A model generated the notes under the pieces. The model had not been told where the DNA came from, did not search any database, and saw nothing but the letters and a program-made list of their open reading frames with translations. A program made the position numbers and the translations under genes. A stretch of DNA of 64,000 nt from Candidatus Cloacimonadales bacterium. GTDB lineage: Bacteria > Cloacimonadota > Cloacimonadia > Cloacimonadales > JAIOQZ01. Below are positions 18,590 to 27,845 of this stretch, in pieces. Position 1 is the stretch's first letter. Each line of letters begins with the position of its first letter. Where the stretch lies: NCBI GenBank assembly GCA_963665815.1, contig OY762463.1:2208001-2272000 (forward strand). The letters are read 5' to 3'.

Positions 18590-20158
18590 CTAATCCTGCA
18601 TTTTTAAAATAAAATCTACTTCACTTTGTGATATTTTTAATTCCTTAGCAATCTCTTCGATACCCCAATCCTGCTGAGACATTTTTACAACCATTTTACG
18701 TATGTAGTCATCATTGGCAAAAGTTTCCGAATCATCTTCTTCCGGCTCAGCCAGTTTACTCTGTTCATACTCAAGTAATTCTTCTTCTTCTTCCGGTGTA
18801 AGTTTTTCAGTAATGATTGGAGGATTATACACGTCCATATCTTCCTGATCGGAATATGTTTCTTCAGATTCCGGTTCTTCCTCCATGTTATCTTCAGATG
18901 CATCATCTTCGATCTTTTCCCCTTCGGAAGACGCCCATTTACCGATCGGTTCATTGTATGAGTCTTTTACAAGGTTTTCATGATAGTTTATATCATCAAT
19001 TGTGAAATCCCCTGTCATTTGAGATATTCTCTTGTTATAGTATATCATAAGCAGGAAGAAGACAATTGTGCCAAAAGCTATTGTAATAATCAATGCCATC
19101 CAGAGTTTAATCTCAATACTCATGAATCCGGACTCAGACATGACACCTGTATCCTGATCAGAGTCAGACAGGAAGCTTCGGAATAACTTTGCATTTTCTA
19201 TATCACCTTTAAGAGTATAAATCTCTGCAAGTTCCTTATATGACTGCTTTTTGAGAGAAGAATCCTCTGAAATACGTTTCAGGAGTTCCACAGCATAGTC
19301 ATAGTCTTTTACAAATTTTGCAGCAACAGCAACTATGAACAGTTTTGAGTCATCTGAATCAGTTTGATAGAAAAATTTTTGATATTTATCGTAAATCATT
19401 ATATCTTTTTGAGCAAGAGTTTTAATATCAGGCACGGATTCGTTTACAGGAACAACATTTGTAACTTTCTTTTGTTTCGCGGTATTATTTGTGTTTTTTC
19501 TTGGATTCTGTTTCTGCGGTTGAACAAGGGCATTGAGTTTTTTCAGTTCCTCCTGTGCATCAGTGTATTCGGGGTACTTTTTATCGACCATTCTGAAATG
19601 CTGGATTGCTGCGGAATTATTTCTTTTTGTAAGAAGTATTTTTCCCCAGTAGTAATGAATATAGTTGACTTTAGTATCAGGAATTGATCTTATTAAGCGG
19701 TGTGCTTTATTCTTTAGTCCTACCTTGTAATAGAATCTGGCAAAAGATGCTTTTTCTTCATCTGTTTCCGGTTTGATACCGGAATATATATCCAGAACAA
19801 TCTTGAAAGAATTCTTTTCATTGAGTATTGAGTATTTCAGATGAAATGCTCTGTTAGTTTTGATAACGATATTCAGTCCGTCATTGTTGTTCTTCTGAAT
19901 GACAGCTTTATCAATCATCATTGCATCCGGATAAGATTTTGTATCTACACCGGATTTGTTGCCGCAGGCATTTACCTGTACTGTAATCATCTTATTTTTT
20001 GAGTTACTGACAACCTTATATTCTGGTTTCTTACTGAATTGAAGTACTGTTCTGTTTACATAACCGAAATCACCATAGTAAATTCGGTTAAGGTTTACTT
20101 GTGAAAAAAGTGCTGAGCAGACAATTGTCAGGACTAATACGAAAAAAGTTCTTTTCAT
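18590..20158 (-). CDS. AMIN-like/TPR membrane protein with acidic linker and C-terminal DUF6115/SwrB-like HTH
   Basis: Signal peptide, RTVLQFS..KIVLDI pattern, TPR-like helices, one TM, E/D-rich tract, IEEIAKELKISQSEVDFILKM. Confidence 0.55.
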   Translation of the reverse strand: MKRTFFVLVLTIVCSALFSQVNLNRIYYGDFGYVNRTVLQFSKKPEYKVVSNSKNKMITVQVNACGNKSGVDTKSYPDAMMIDKAVIQKNNNDGLNIVIKTNRAFHLKYSILNEKNSFKIVLDIYSGIKPETDEEKASFARFYYKVGLKNKAHRLIRSIPDTKVNYIHYYWGKILLTKRNNSAAIQHFRMVDKKYPEYTDAQEELKKLNALVQPQKQNPRKNTNNTAKQKKVTNVVPVNESVPDIKTLAQKDIMIYDKYQKFFYQTDSDDSKLFIVAVAAKFVKDYDYAVELLKRISEDSSLKKQSYKELAEIYTLKGDIENAKLFRSFLSDSDQDTGVMSESGFMSIEIKLWMALIITIAFGTIVFFLLMIYYNKRISQMTGDFTIDDINYHENLVKDSYNEPIGKWASSEGEKIEDDASEDNMEEEPESEETYSDQEDMDVYNPPIITEKLTPEEEEELLEYEQSKLAEPEEDDSETFANDDYIRKMVVKMSQQDWGIEEIAKELKISQSEVDFILKMQD

Positions 20159-20169
20159 GAATTCCTCGG

Positions 20170-20943
20170 TTATAACAAATCCTCTATTTTATGATATTCC
20201 AACATGTTTCTGAGCTTTATCAATGCAGAAGAGTGCATCTGAGATATTCTCGACTCTGAAACATCGAGTACTTTTCCAATTTCTTTTAAAGTTAATTCTT
20301 CATAGTAATATAGTGAAATTACCAGTTTTTCTCTGTCCGGGAGCTGACTGATAGCATTGATAATATTATCACGCAGCTTTTTCTGCATAAGCTGAGTTTC
20401 AAGATCAACGTCATTATCGTCTTCGATCACATCGACAATACTGATTTTAGATCCGTCTCCCTCCTGATGAATAGCAGCATCAAGAGATCCAAGAAATAAT
20501 GGTCCCAGATTATCTGTAATCTGATAATATGCTTCGACAGAAATTTCCAGTTCCTCAGCAATCTCATCATCACTCGGCATTCTGCCAAGTTTTGCGAAGA
20601 GTGAGTGAATCGCAGAATCTATTCTTTTTGATTTCTGCCTGATAGAACGGGGCACCCAGTCAGTTCTTCGGATCTCATCAATTATAGCTCCGCGAACCCT
20701 GATGGTTGCCAGTGTTTGAAACTCAACCCCTTTGGACAAGTCAAATCTTTCAATTGCTTCCAGCAGCCCAATAACACCAGCACTATACAGATCATCTCTT
20801 TCGAGATTGCCTGACGAAAACACAATAAATCTGTTTGCCAGATAATGAACAATCCTGAGATATTTCTCAACAATTCTTTCCAGCAATTCCCGTCTTCCGG
20901 TCTTCTGATACAATTCCCAAAGTTTTCTTTCTTCAGAGTTCAT
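20170..20943 (-). CDS. fliA: FliA/WhiG family RNA polymerase sigma factor (sigma-28)
   Basis: DDLYSAGVIGLLEAIERFD, RVRGAIIDEIRRTDWVPRSIR, LYYYEELTLKEIGKVLDVSESRISQMH. Confidence 0.93.
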   Translation of the reverse strand: MNSEERKLWELYQKTGRRELLERIVEKYLRIVHYLANRFIVFSSGNLERDDLYSAGVIGLLEAIERFDLSKGVEFQTLATIRVRGAIIDEIRRTDWVPRSIRQKSKRIDSAIHSLFAKLGRMPSDDEIAEELEISVEAYYQITDNLGPLFLGSLDAAIHQEGDGSKISIVDVIEDDNDVDLETQLMQKKLRDNIINAISQLPDREKLVISLYYYEELTLKEIGKVLDVSESRISQMHSSALIKLRNMLEYHKIEDLL

Positions 20944-20975
20944 GAGTTCCCCATATTTTCATAATCGTACACAAC

Positions 20976-21131
20976 GAGAGCTTTGCATAATAGCAACACC
21001 AAGCAGCTCTGGCGTAAAAGCTTCGATAAGATTTTCAAATTCATCAAGGGCTTCTTATATAAGCATATTTTGAGACAAAAATTGATGAATTAGAAAATCG
21101 AATCAACTAAACCAATTATGCAAAGATCTCA
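20976..21131. mobile_element. MITE-like palindromic element (~156 bp)
   Basis: TIRs GAGAGCTTTGCATAA / TTATGCAAAGATCTC, internal inverted repeat, flanked by the direct repeat (A)CAAC. Confidence 0.8.
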
Positions 21132-21137
21132 CAACGA

Positions 21138-21166
21138 ATAATAAGATAACCCCGTTGTTATGTCAA
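21138..21166 (-). promoter_or_regulatory. Sigma-70 promoter upstream of fliA
   Basis: TTGACA-17 nt-TATTAT on the minus strand. Confidence 0.7.
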
Positions 21167-21216
21167 ATGAAACTTATCGCAGAAGTAAAATTTGTGTGAT
21201 TTCGTTGTTGAAAAAT

Positions 21217-21244
21217 AAAAAAACCTGCCGGATTTCCGGCAGGT
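21217..21244 (-). terminator. Rho-independent terminator of the C10 peptidase gene
   Basis: ACCTGCCGG-ATTT-CCGGCAGGT with a U-tract on the minus strand. Confidence 0.85.
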
Positions 21245-21282
21245 CAATGCTCTTGATTTGCTTTTTGCTTCTTAGGAATTCA

Positions 21283-23922
21283 TTACTTTAAAACTGTTAA
21301 CTTACATGTTTTTGTAAAAGAACCAGAGCTGATTTTATAAAAATAAATTCCTGATCCGACCTGATTATCTCTTTCGTCCTTCCCCAGCCACTTTATTGAG
21401 TGGCTGCCTTTGTCAAAATTTCTATCAACCAGATTTCTAACAATCTGACCCTTCAAGTTATATATTTTTACTCTTACATTTGTGTTGTCTTCATTTATGT
21501 TGAATGATATATTTGTTTCCGGATTACATGGATTAGGATAGTTTCCTTTGAATTCAAAAGGAACTACAGATTCTTCAGGTAATACCGGACCTGTAAGTTG
21601 GTTTCCGTTGTTCTCCATGATATTACCACTGAAGTCACCTACATATATTTTATATCCTGCCCAGTTACCCATGTAAATAGAGCTTTTATCAAAATCATAT
21701 CTATAATACAGTCTTCCGTCGGGGGCTTGACCAAGATAGTCATCTGTTCCATCTGAATCAAAGTCACCAATAAACAAGCTATATCCGCTCCAGTTACCTA
21801 TGTAGGAAGAGCTCTGATCAAAATCGTGCCTGTAGTACAACCTGCCATCAGGAGCATGACCAAGATAATCATCTTTACCATCACCATTGAAATCACCTAT
21901 GTAAAGTGTATATCCGCTCCAGTTACCTATATATGTTGAGTTTTGATTAAAATCATATCTGTAGTATAGTTTACCGTCAGGGGCATGACCGAGATAGTCA
22001 TCTTTGCCATCACCATTAAAATCACCTATGTAAAGTGTATATCCGCTCCAGTTACCTATATATGTGGAATTCTGAGTGAAGTCCGGTCTGTGATAAAGCC
22101 TACCGTCAGGGGCATGACCGAGATAATCGTCTTTGCCGTCACCATTAAAATCACCAACATATATTTTATATCCGCTCCAGTTACCTATGTATGTAGAACT
22201 CTGGTCAAAGTCATGTCTGTAATATAGTCTTCCATCAGGAGCCTGACCAAGATAATCATCTTTGCCATCACCATTGAAATCACCGGTGTACAGTTTATAA
22301 CCTGCCCAGTTACCTATATAAGTAGAGCTGGAATTCAAGTCATACCTGTAATACAGTCTCCCGTCAGGAGCATGGGCCAGATAGTCATCTTTACCATCAC
22401 CGTTAAAATCACCAACATGAATAGTATAACCGCTCCAGTTTCCAATATATTGAGAATCTTCGCCGAACTGTTCTTTAAGGTACATATAGCCAGTGTAATA
22501 ACTTTTTGCAATGAAATTCATCCCCTGCTTGAGTGCCAGTATAAGAAAGTCTACTTCTATGTATAATCCATCTGAATCTGTAGAACGAACTTTGATATTG
22601 TATGATGATTTTAAATCTGCATCAACATTGTGAGCGAGAACAAGTGAATTACCTGAGATTGTGAAGTAACTGTTATCAGATGCTGTTCCGGGAAGAGAAT
22701 AGGTAAATGTATCTCCGGGATTACTGTCTGTTGTTGAAAGTACACCAACAACATCTCCCGAAACATTTCCATTCATTACTATTTTATATGAGAGTTCAAT
22801 ATCTGTAGGAGCAAGTGGTCCTGCAGGCTGCAGTCCGACAAATGCTCCTTGTGAACTTGTAAAGTTCATTGAGCCCGGAGTAAGATCAGTTATAAGAAAA
22901 TATCCATTGTAGTAACCTCCCCATCCCCAATTCAGGTGGAAATAGTTACTGGAATTGTAGCCATCAACGTTAAAAGCGTGTCCGCCTGTACCGTAACCAT
23001 GATAATAAAGCGGTCTGCCTGCATTCAGTTCTGTTTTGAGAACATTGATCCAGCCTGTTGTTGAATAACTGTTTTTGTATGCTAATCTTGCAGATGAATC
23101 ATAACCAAAGTATGTCTTCAATGATGACAATGCCATTGATGAATATGCTCCTGAACCGCTTGGACTGTAGTCCATGTTTACTGAAACTCCTAAGTGTCTC
23201 AGAAGTTTAGCTATTTCATCGTTACCATAACCTGTTGGCATACCAGCCCAGTCATAAGTAGTATTAAAATTCGCTGACTGAGTTCCATATGTACTGTGAT
23301 AGTAGCTATGTGAACCTGTTCCCTGTGTAGGATAATTATAAAACTTCATTACCTGAGCCATAGCTGTGGCAACACAACCTGCCCAGACATGTCCACCTGA
23401 TCCTCCGCTTGATGTTGACGGACAATACTTGTTGTATGGCCAACCCTGATTCCATGTTGTGGAAAGCAGAGGAGATACCGCATCTCTATCATTCATCAAT
23501 GATGGAATGTCATTGCTGTCATACGCCTGCCACTTCTGAGCTGCAAGTGAATTCTGCATATTGTTTTCTCTGGCATAAATGATTTCTTCAGTCCAGGAAG
23601 TGAACATTTCTTTCAATGCCGGATGATCATTATAATCTGTTAAACCACTTTCGGTTGAGTAGCCTATAATAGGTTCTGCTGAATCATCACAAGACACAAT
23701 CACAAAAGAGTCATCATTAAACTCGACTTCTATAAACAAAGTATCTGCACCTTTTACATGGTACCTTCTTAAACTTATCACACCATCTGTATTAGTAAAT
23801 GCCCTGAACGCTTTTTCTGCAATCCTGACAGCCTTGTCTGTTGATACAGGTGCTGAAAACAGTGATACAAAAACTGTCATCAGAATTAACATCATTAATC
23901 CATGTTTCTCTAATCTTCTCAT
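21283..23922 (-). CDS. C10 (streptopain-like) cysteine peptidase with cadherin-like domain, FG-GAP-type propeller and FlgD-Ig/T9SS-type CTD
   Basis: WNQGWPYN, AGCVATAMAQ, GHAFNVDGY, HLNWGWGG, GDFNGDGKDD repeats, NYPNPCNPET CTD. Start MRRLE follows GGAGG. Confidence 0.92.
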   Translation of the reverse strand: MRRLEKHGLMMLILMTVFVSLFSAPVSTDKAVRIAEKAFRAFTNTDGVISLRRYHVKGADTLFIEVEFNDDSFVIVSCDDSAEPIIGYSTESGLTDYNDHPALKEMFTSWTEEIIYARENNMQNSLAAQKWQAYDSNDIPSLMNDRDAVSPLLSTTWNQGWPYNKYCPSTSSGGSGGHVWAGCVATAMAQVMKFYNYPTQGTGSHSYYHSTYGTQSANFNTTYDWAGMPTGYGNDEIAKLLRHLGVSVNMDYSPSGSGAYSSMALSSLKTYFGYDSSARLAYKNSYSTTGWINVLKTELNAGRPLYYHGYGTGGHAFNVDGYNSSNYFHLNWGWGGYYNGYFLITDLTPGSMNFTSSQGAFVGLQPAGPLAPTDIELSYKIVMNGNVSGDVVGVLSTTDSNPGDTFTYSLPGTASDNSYFTISGNSLVLAHNVDADLKSSYNIKVRSTDSDGLYIEVDFLILALKQGMNFIAKSYYTGYMYLKEQFGEDSQYIGNWSGYTIHVGDFNGDGKDDYLAHAPDGRLYYRYDLNSSSTYIGNWAGYKLYTGDFNGDGKDDYLGQAPDGRLYYRHDFDQSSTYIGNWSGYKIYVGDFNGDGKDDYLGHAPDGRLYHRPDFTQNSTYIGNWSGYTLYIGDFNGDGKDDYLGHAPDGKLYYRYDFNQNSTYIGNWSGYTLYIGDFNGDGKDDYLGHAPDGRLYYRHDFDQSSSYIGNWSGYSLFIGDFDSDGTDDYLGQAPDGRLYYRYDFDKSSIYMGNWAGYKIYVGDFSGNIMENNGNQLTGPVLPEESVVPFEFKGNYPNPCNPETNISFNINEDNTNVRVKIYNLKGQIVRNLVDRNFDKGSHSIKWLGKDERDNQVGSGIYFYKISSGSFTKTCKLTVLK
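21622..22449 (-). repeat. 129-bp (43-aa) intragenic tandem repeat, 6 full + 1 partial copy
   Basis: Unit YIGNWSGY..GDFNGDGKDDYLG.APDGRLYYR; CCAGTT recurs every 129 nt from 21661 to 22435. Confidence 0.95.
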
Positions 23923-23957
23923 GGTTTCCTCCAGAAGCAAAAATTCAATTATACTAA

Positions 23958-23974
23958 TGCAATCTCAAAGCCAA
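23958..23974 (-). promoter_or_regulatory. Sigma-54 (-24/-12) promoter upstream of the C10 peptidase
   Basis: TTGGCTTTGAGATTGCA = GG-N10-GC, 36 bp before the start. Confidence 0.6.
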
Positions 23975-24133
23975 TGAGATGGAGAAATCCTTGAATGGAA
24001 AATAAAGATATGCAGGATGTTTGATAGTGCCAAATTTGACACTTCTTAACAAATGTAAAATCCTTGAAGAGACAATTATTGTAAACTATATTGCTTTTTT
24101 GGTTTATTTCAACCGGTTTAAGTCAACCGGCGG

Positions 24134-25543
24134 TTATTCTAAACCATGTGTTCTGATTTTACTTCTTAGAGCACTTCTGGAAAGCTTCAGATAGGCTGCC
24201 GTTCTTGTTTTATTGTTATTATGTTTCGCCAGAGCTTTTCTTATGATTTCTCTTTCCAGATCTTTGATCGAAAAGGCTTTGTCCGGCAAAGTGAATTCCG
24301 AAATACATACTGTTTCAACAGTTTTACTGGCAGATTTAAATGACAAACCGAATGTTTCAATGTAATTATCTCGAGTAAAGAATGATACGCGTTCAACAAC
24401 ATTTCTCAGTTCTCGAACATTACCGGGCCAGTTGTATCCCAGTAACTCGTTTCTGGCATTATCTGACATTATAATTTTGTCCTGAGTTCTCAGGAATTTT
24501 CTCAGGAAATAATCTGTAAATCTTAGAATTTCATCTCTACGTTCTCTTAAAGGCTTAAGGTGTATTCTGGCGACAGCTATTCTGTAAAACAAATCTTCTC
24601 GAAATGACCTGTTTTTCGCCAGTTCACCCAAGTCTTTATTTGTCGCAGCGATAATTCTTACATCTGTTTTGATTTTTTTCAATCCTCCAAGCCTGTAAAA
24701 ACTTTTCTCCTCCAGCACTCTGAGAAGTTTTGCCTGAATCTGGAGTGGCATTTCAGCAATTTCATCGAGAAAGATAGTACCTTTTTGAGCCAGCTCAAGC
24801 TTTCCGATTTTTCCGGAATCAAGCCCCCCTGTGAAGGTTCCTTTTTCATAACCGAAAAGTTCAGCTTCGAACAGTGTTTCAGGTATGGCTGCACAGTTAA
24901 GAGCTACAAATGGATTACTATTCCCATCTATACCGTTATGAATCAGCCTGGCAATCAATTCTTTACCAGTACCTGTTTCACCTTCAATTATCGTGGAAAT
25001 CTGTCTGCTATGACTGAGTTCAAGAGCTGTTTTCTGAATTCCAGCCGACTCATCTGAGAAAATCTGATAATTATCAATATCACCACTTCCGACCTCCATG
25101 TTTGCCAACCGTTTCCTGAATTTTTCCAATTCAGAATCAAAATCTGCAGTAAGTTTTTTGTTTTCCCTCAGCAATGCCTGATGCTCAGCAGTTTTATCTA
25201 TTGCAGCCGAGATTTCATCCAGATCAACCGGTTTGACGATATAGTCGTAAGCACCTTGCTTCAGAGCTTGAATTGATGATTTGACATCAGGTAAACCTGT
25301 CATGAGAATAACATCACAATCAGTAATCTGCTTATCATTTTTGATATAGTCCAGAAGCTCAAGACCTGATTTGCCCGGCATGTTTATATCCGAGATAACC
25401 AGAAAATAGCTGTTATTATTCATTAGTTCAACTGCTCCTTTATAAGAAAAAGCCATATCACATCTAAACTCATATTTCTCATCGATATACTCTTTGAGCA
25501 TACTGCAAATTTCTTTCTGGTCATCTACTATAAGTATTCTCAT
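24134..25543 (-). CDS. NtrC/AtoC-family sigma-54-dependent response regulator (REC-AAA+-Fis HTH)
   Basis: ISDINMP, GETGTGKE, ELFGYEKGTFTGG, FLDEI, FREDLFYR, WPGNVRELRN, NKTRTAAYL. Confidence 0.95.
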   Translation of the reverse strand: MRILIVDDQKEICSMLKEYIDEKYEFRCDMAFSYKGAVELMNNNSYFLVISDINMPGKSGLELLDYIKNDKQITDCDVILMTGLPDVKSSIQALKQGAYDYIVKPVDLDEISAAIDKTAEHQALLRENKKLTADFDSELEKFRKRLANMEVGSGDIDNYQIFSDESAGIQKTALELSHSRQISTIIEGETGTGKELIARLIHNGIDGNSNPFVALNCAAIPETLFEAELFGYEKGTFTGGLDSGKIGKLELAQKGTIFLDEIAEMPLQIQAKLLRVLEEKSFYRLGGLKKIKTDVRIIAATNKDLGELAKNRSFREDLFYRIAVARIHLKPLRERRDEILRFTDYFLRKFLRTQDKIIMSDNARNELLGYNWPGNVRELRNVVERVSFFTRDNYIETFGLSFKSASKTVETVCISEFTLPDKAFSIKDLEREIIRKALAKHNNNKTRTAAYLKLSRSALRSKIRTHGLE

Positions 25544-25771
25544 TTAATTCCCTGTAATTTTATTTAAATTATCATATGAATAAACAGCATTATTTGTCCA
25601 TAAAAATTAATTCACAAAGTTAGTATTGAACAAAATAATCATGAAACCACATCAATTATCATATTGTCCTTACTCGTGTTTATCCAAAAAAATAATGCTC
25701 AAAATGCATTTACATATTGACATTTTATCTTATTCTTAAGCAATCTAAGAAAAATATTTTCAGGAGATGAT

Positions 25772-26923
25772 ATGAAAAAAGTAATATTGATTTTATCTAT
25801 ATATTTTGCAATCGCATTTTTACCTGCATCAGTTCTGATTCATGATTATGATCTTAACAACAACCTTAGCGATAATCTCAGTGGCGGAGGGCAGCTTACT
25901 GTTAATCCTTCGACAGACAACCACGGATTCAATGGAAATGAATGGTGGTGGCAAGGTGCAGACCATCCCGGTGGAGGTTTAATACTGCTTGCAAATTTAC
26001 CGGATCCCAACAACTACTCTCTGGCATTTAAAATTAAGTTTGATGTAATCAACGGATCTTGGCGTAAAATAATTTCTTTTCGTGGGTCAGCTGATGATAC
26101 AGGACTTTATTTTTACAATAATTATTTACAGCTGTATCCATATGCAGCTCAAACAAATATTGCTTATCAATCCAATGTATTTTATGATTTTGTATTTACC
26201 AGAGACTCTGCCGGAAGCTTTAAAGTTTATACAGTTGATAATGGTATAGCCTCACTTGTATTCGACCAATCTTCTGCTTCAGCAAACCTTACTATCCCTA
26301 TAAATGTTAATAATCTTTACGAGTTCAGACTTTTTACCGATGACACTGCTACAAGTAGTGAATTTGTTCCGAACGGGTCCATACAGAACTTGAGGGTCTG
26401 GGATAGTGCTTTAAATGAAGGTGAAATCAGCACAGCTCTTTCAGAAGCCAACTTCACTGCAGACATACAAGTGATAACGCCGGGAGACACTGTAAATTTT
26501 ACAGATATGTCTTCAGGACTTCCAACATCTTGGGCATGGGATTTTGAGAATGACGGCACATATGATTCTTCCTTGCAGAATCCATCTTTTGTATTTAACA
26601 CTCCCGGATTGTACGATGTAAAGCTGAAGACGCAGAATTCGGTTGTAACAGATTCTATTGTAAAATCCGAATACATTGCCTGCGTGGATGAAACTAATAC
26701 TGTAACTAACCTGCAGATTACAACAGATAGCAGTGATGTTGTACTTAACTGGGATGCCGATACGGAATCACATGTGTATCTGGCGTATATTTCGGATTCT
26801 CCGGATAGTAACTGGCAGTTTCTTGCTAGAATTTCAGATGTAAATACATATACTCATATTGATGCATTATTGAATAGTGACAGGAAGTTTTATACTGTGT
26901 TTAAATTGCTGAGAAACCCATAA
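25772..26923 (+). CDS. Secreted LamG-like + PKD domain protein
   Basis: Signal peptide; VNFTDMSSGLPTSWAWDFENDG PKD motif; short Fn3-like C-terminal module. Confidence 0.75.
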   Translation: MKKVILILSIYFAIAFLPASVLIHDYDLNNNLSDNLSGGGQLTVNPSTDNHGFNGNEWWWQGADHPGGGLILLANLPDPNNYSLAFKIKFDVINGSWRKIISFRGSADDTGLYFYNNYLQLYPYAAQTNIAYQSNVFYDFVFTRDSAGSFKVYTVDNGIASLVFDQSSASANLTIPINVNNLYEFRLFTDDTATSSEFVPNGSIQNLRVWDSALNEGEISTALSEANFTADIQVITPGDTVNFTDMSSGLPTSWAWDFENDGTYDSSLQNPSFVFNTPGLYDVKLKTQNSVVTDSIVKSEYIACVDETNTVTNLQITTDSSDVVLNWDADTESHVYLAYISDSPDSNWQFLARISDVNTYTHIDALLNSDRKFYTVFKLLRNP

Positions 26924-27382
26924 TTATTTCATACATTGAGAAGTTCTGAATCGATTTATTGTATTAATATATTTCTCACTGATAGAGTCATTTATTGCAG
27001 CAAAAAATTTAGCAGCAATAATTGGATTATCCAGCAGCAGTTTCTGAAGTTTCAGATATGAGTATCGGAAGATAAGGGTCTCTTCGGACTCTGCTTTGAT
27101 TGTCGCAGAACGTCTTACCGGCATGACGAAATTATTTTCCCCTATCATTGTACCCGGTGGAAGTGAAGTAATTTTTCTCATCTCATCACCTTCTTCAGGT
27201 ATCCAGACGGAAACAGAACCTTTTGCAACAAAATAAACATCTCTGTTTCTTTCGCCATACTCAATAATGATTTCATCTTTCAGGTATTTTTCTTCAACAT
27301 GATTTGAGTTAAGTACTTCAATCTCTTCTTTCGTAAGATACTTGTACATCTGAATGTCATTTTGCTTCTTGAATAATTCCAT
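26924..27382 (-). CDS. Stand-alone cyclic nucleotide-binding domain protein
   Basis: IIEYGE..VYFVAKGSVSV..GTMIGE..RRSATIKA; no HTH. Confidence 0.85.
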   Translation of the reverse strand: MELFKKQNDIQMYKYLTKEEIEVLNSNHVEEKYLKDEIIIEYGERNRDVYFVAKGSVSVWIPEEGDEMRKITSLPPGTMIGENNFVMPVRRSATIKAESEETLIFRYSYLKLQKLLLDNPIIAAKFFAAINDSISEKYINTINRFRTSQCMK

Positions 27383-27404
27383 AATTACACCTTAATACAG
27401 CAGA

Positions 27405-27845
27405 TTAAGCCAATTTCTGAGTTAGTTTTATCACTTTTTCCGATAATGAATCATTTATGGCAGCAAGTATCTTTGAGGATATCTGATAATCGCGCTCCAT
27501 AATCATAAACAAATCCCTGAATGAATAGCGACAGATAGTTGTATTGGGCGAAACAACAACCTCAAAGGGGGAAACAGTATCCTTGCAGAAAAGCAATTCT
27601 CCGATAATTTCACCTTCATAGTTTCTCCCTATTTCCAAAGGATTGCCTTCTGAATCTCCCGGAATTCTTGTTTTAGTATTGCCGTTTACAACCACAAAAA
27701 GTTCTTCTGCTTTATCTCCTGCTCTGAGAAGTATTTCTTCATTCTCGAAGATGTCTATTTTTTCAATTTTACGCACTATTTCCAGTTCTGTAGTACAAAG
27801 ATACTTCAGTAAGTCGTTATCATTCTGTCTGACAAAGATATTCAT
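27405..27845 (-). CDS. Stand-alone cyclic nucleotide-binding domain protein (degenerate phosphate-binding cassette)
   Basis: LLRAGD..LFVVVNG..GEIIGEL; SPFEV in place of the RSATV-type motif. Confidence 0.75.
   Translation of the reverse strand: MNIFVRQNDNDLLKYLCTTELEIVRKIEKIDIFENEEILLRAGDKAEELFVVVNGNTKTRIPGDSEGNPLEIGRNYEGEIIGELLFCKDTVSPFEVVVSPNTTICRYSFRDLFMIMERDYQISSKILAAINDSLSEKVIKLTQKLA

Noticed and set aside
21622-22449. 129-bp repeats as a CRISPR array or DGR template/variable repeats
   Set aside because: They are contiguous in-frame coding repeats without unique spacers. There is no cas or reverse transcriptase gene in the window, and the differences do not look adenine-specific.
24016-24035. 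TTTGGCAC on the minus strand as another sigma-54 promoter
   Set aside because: No GC at the required GG-N10-GC spacing
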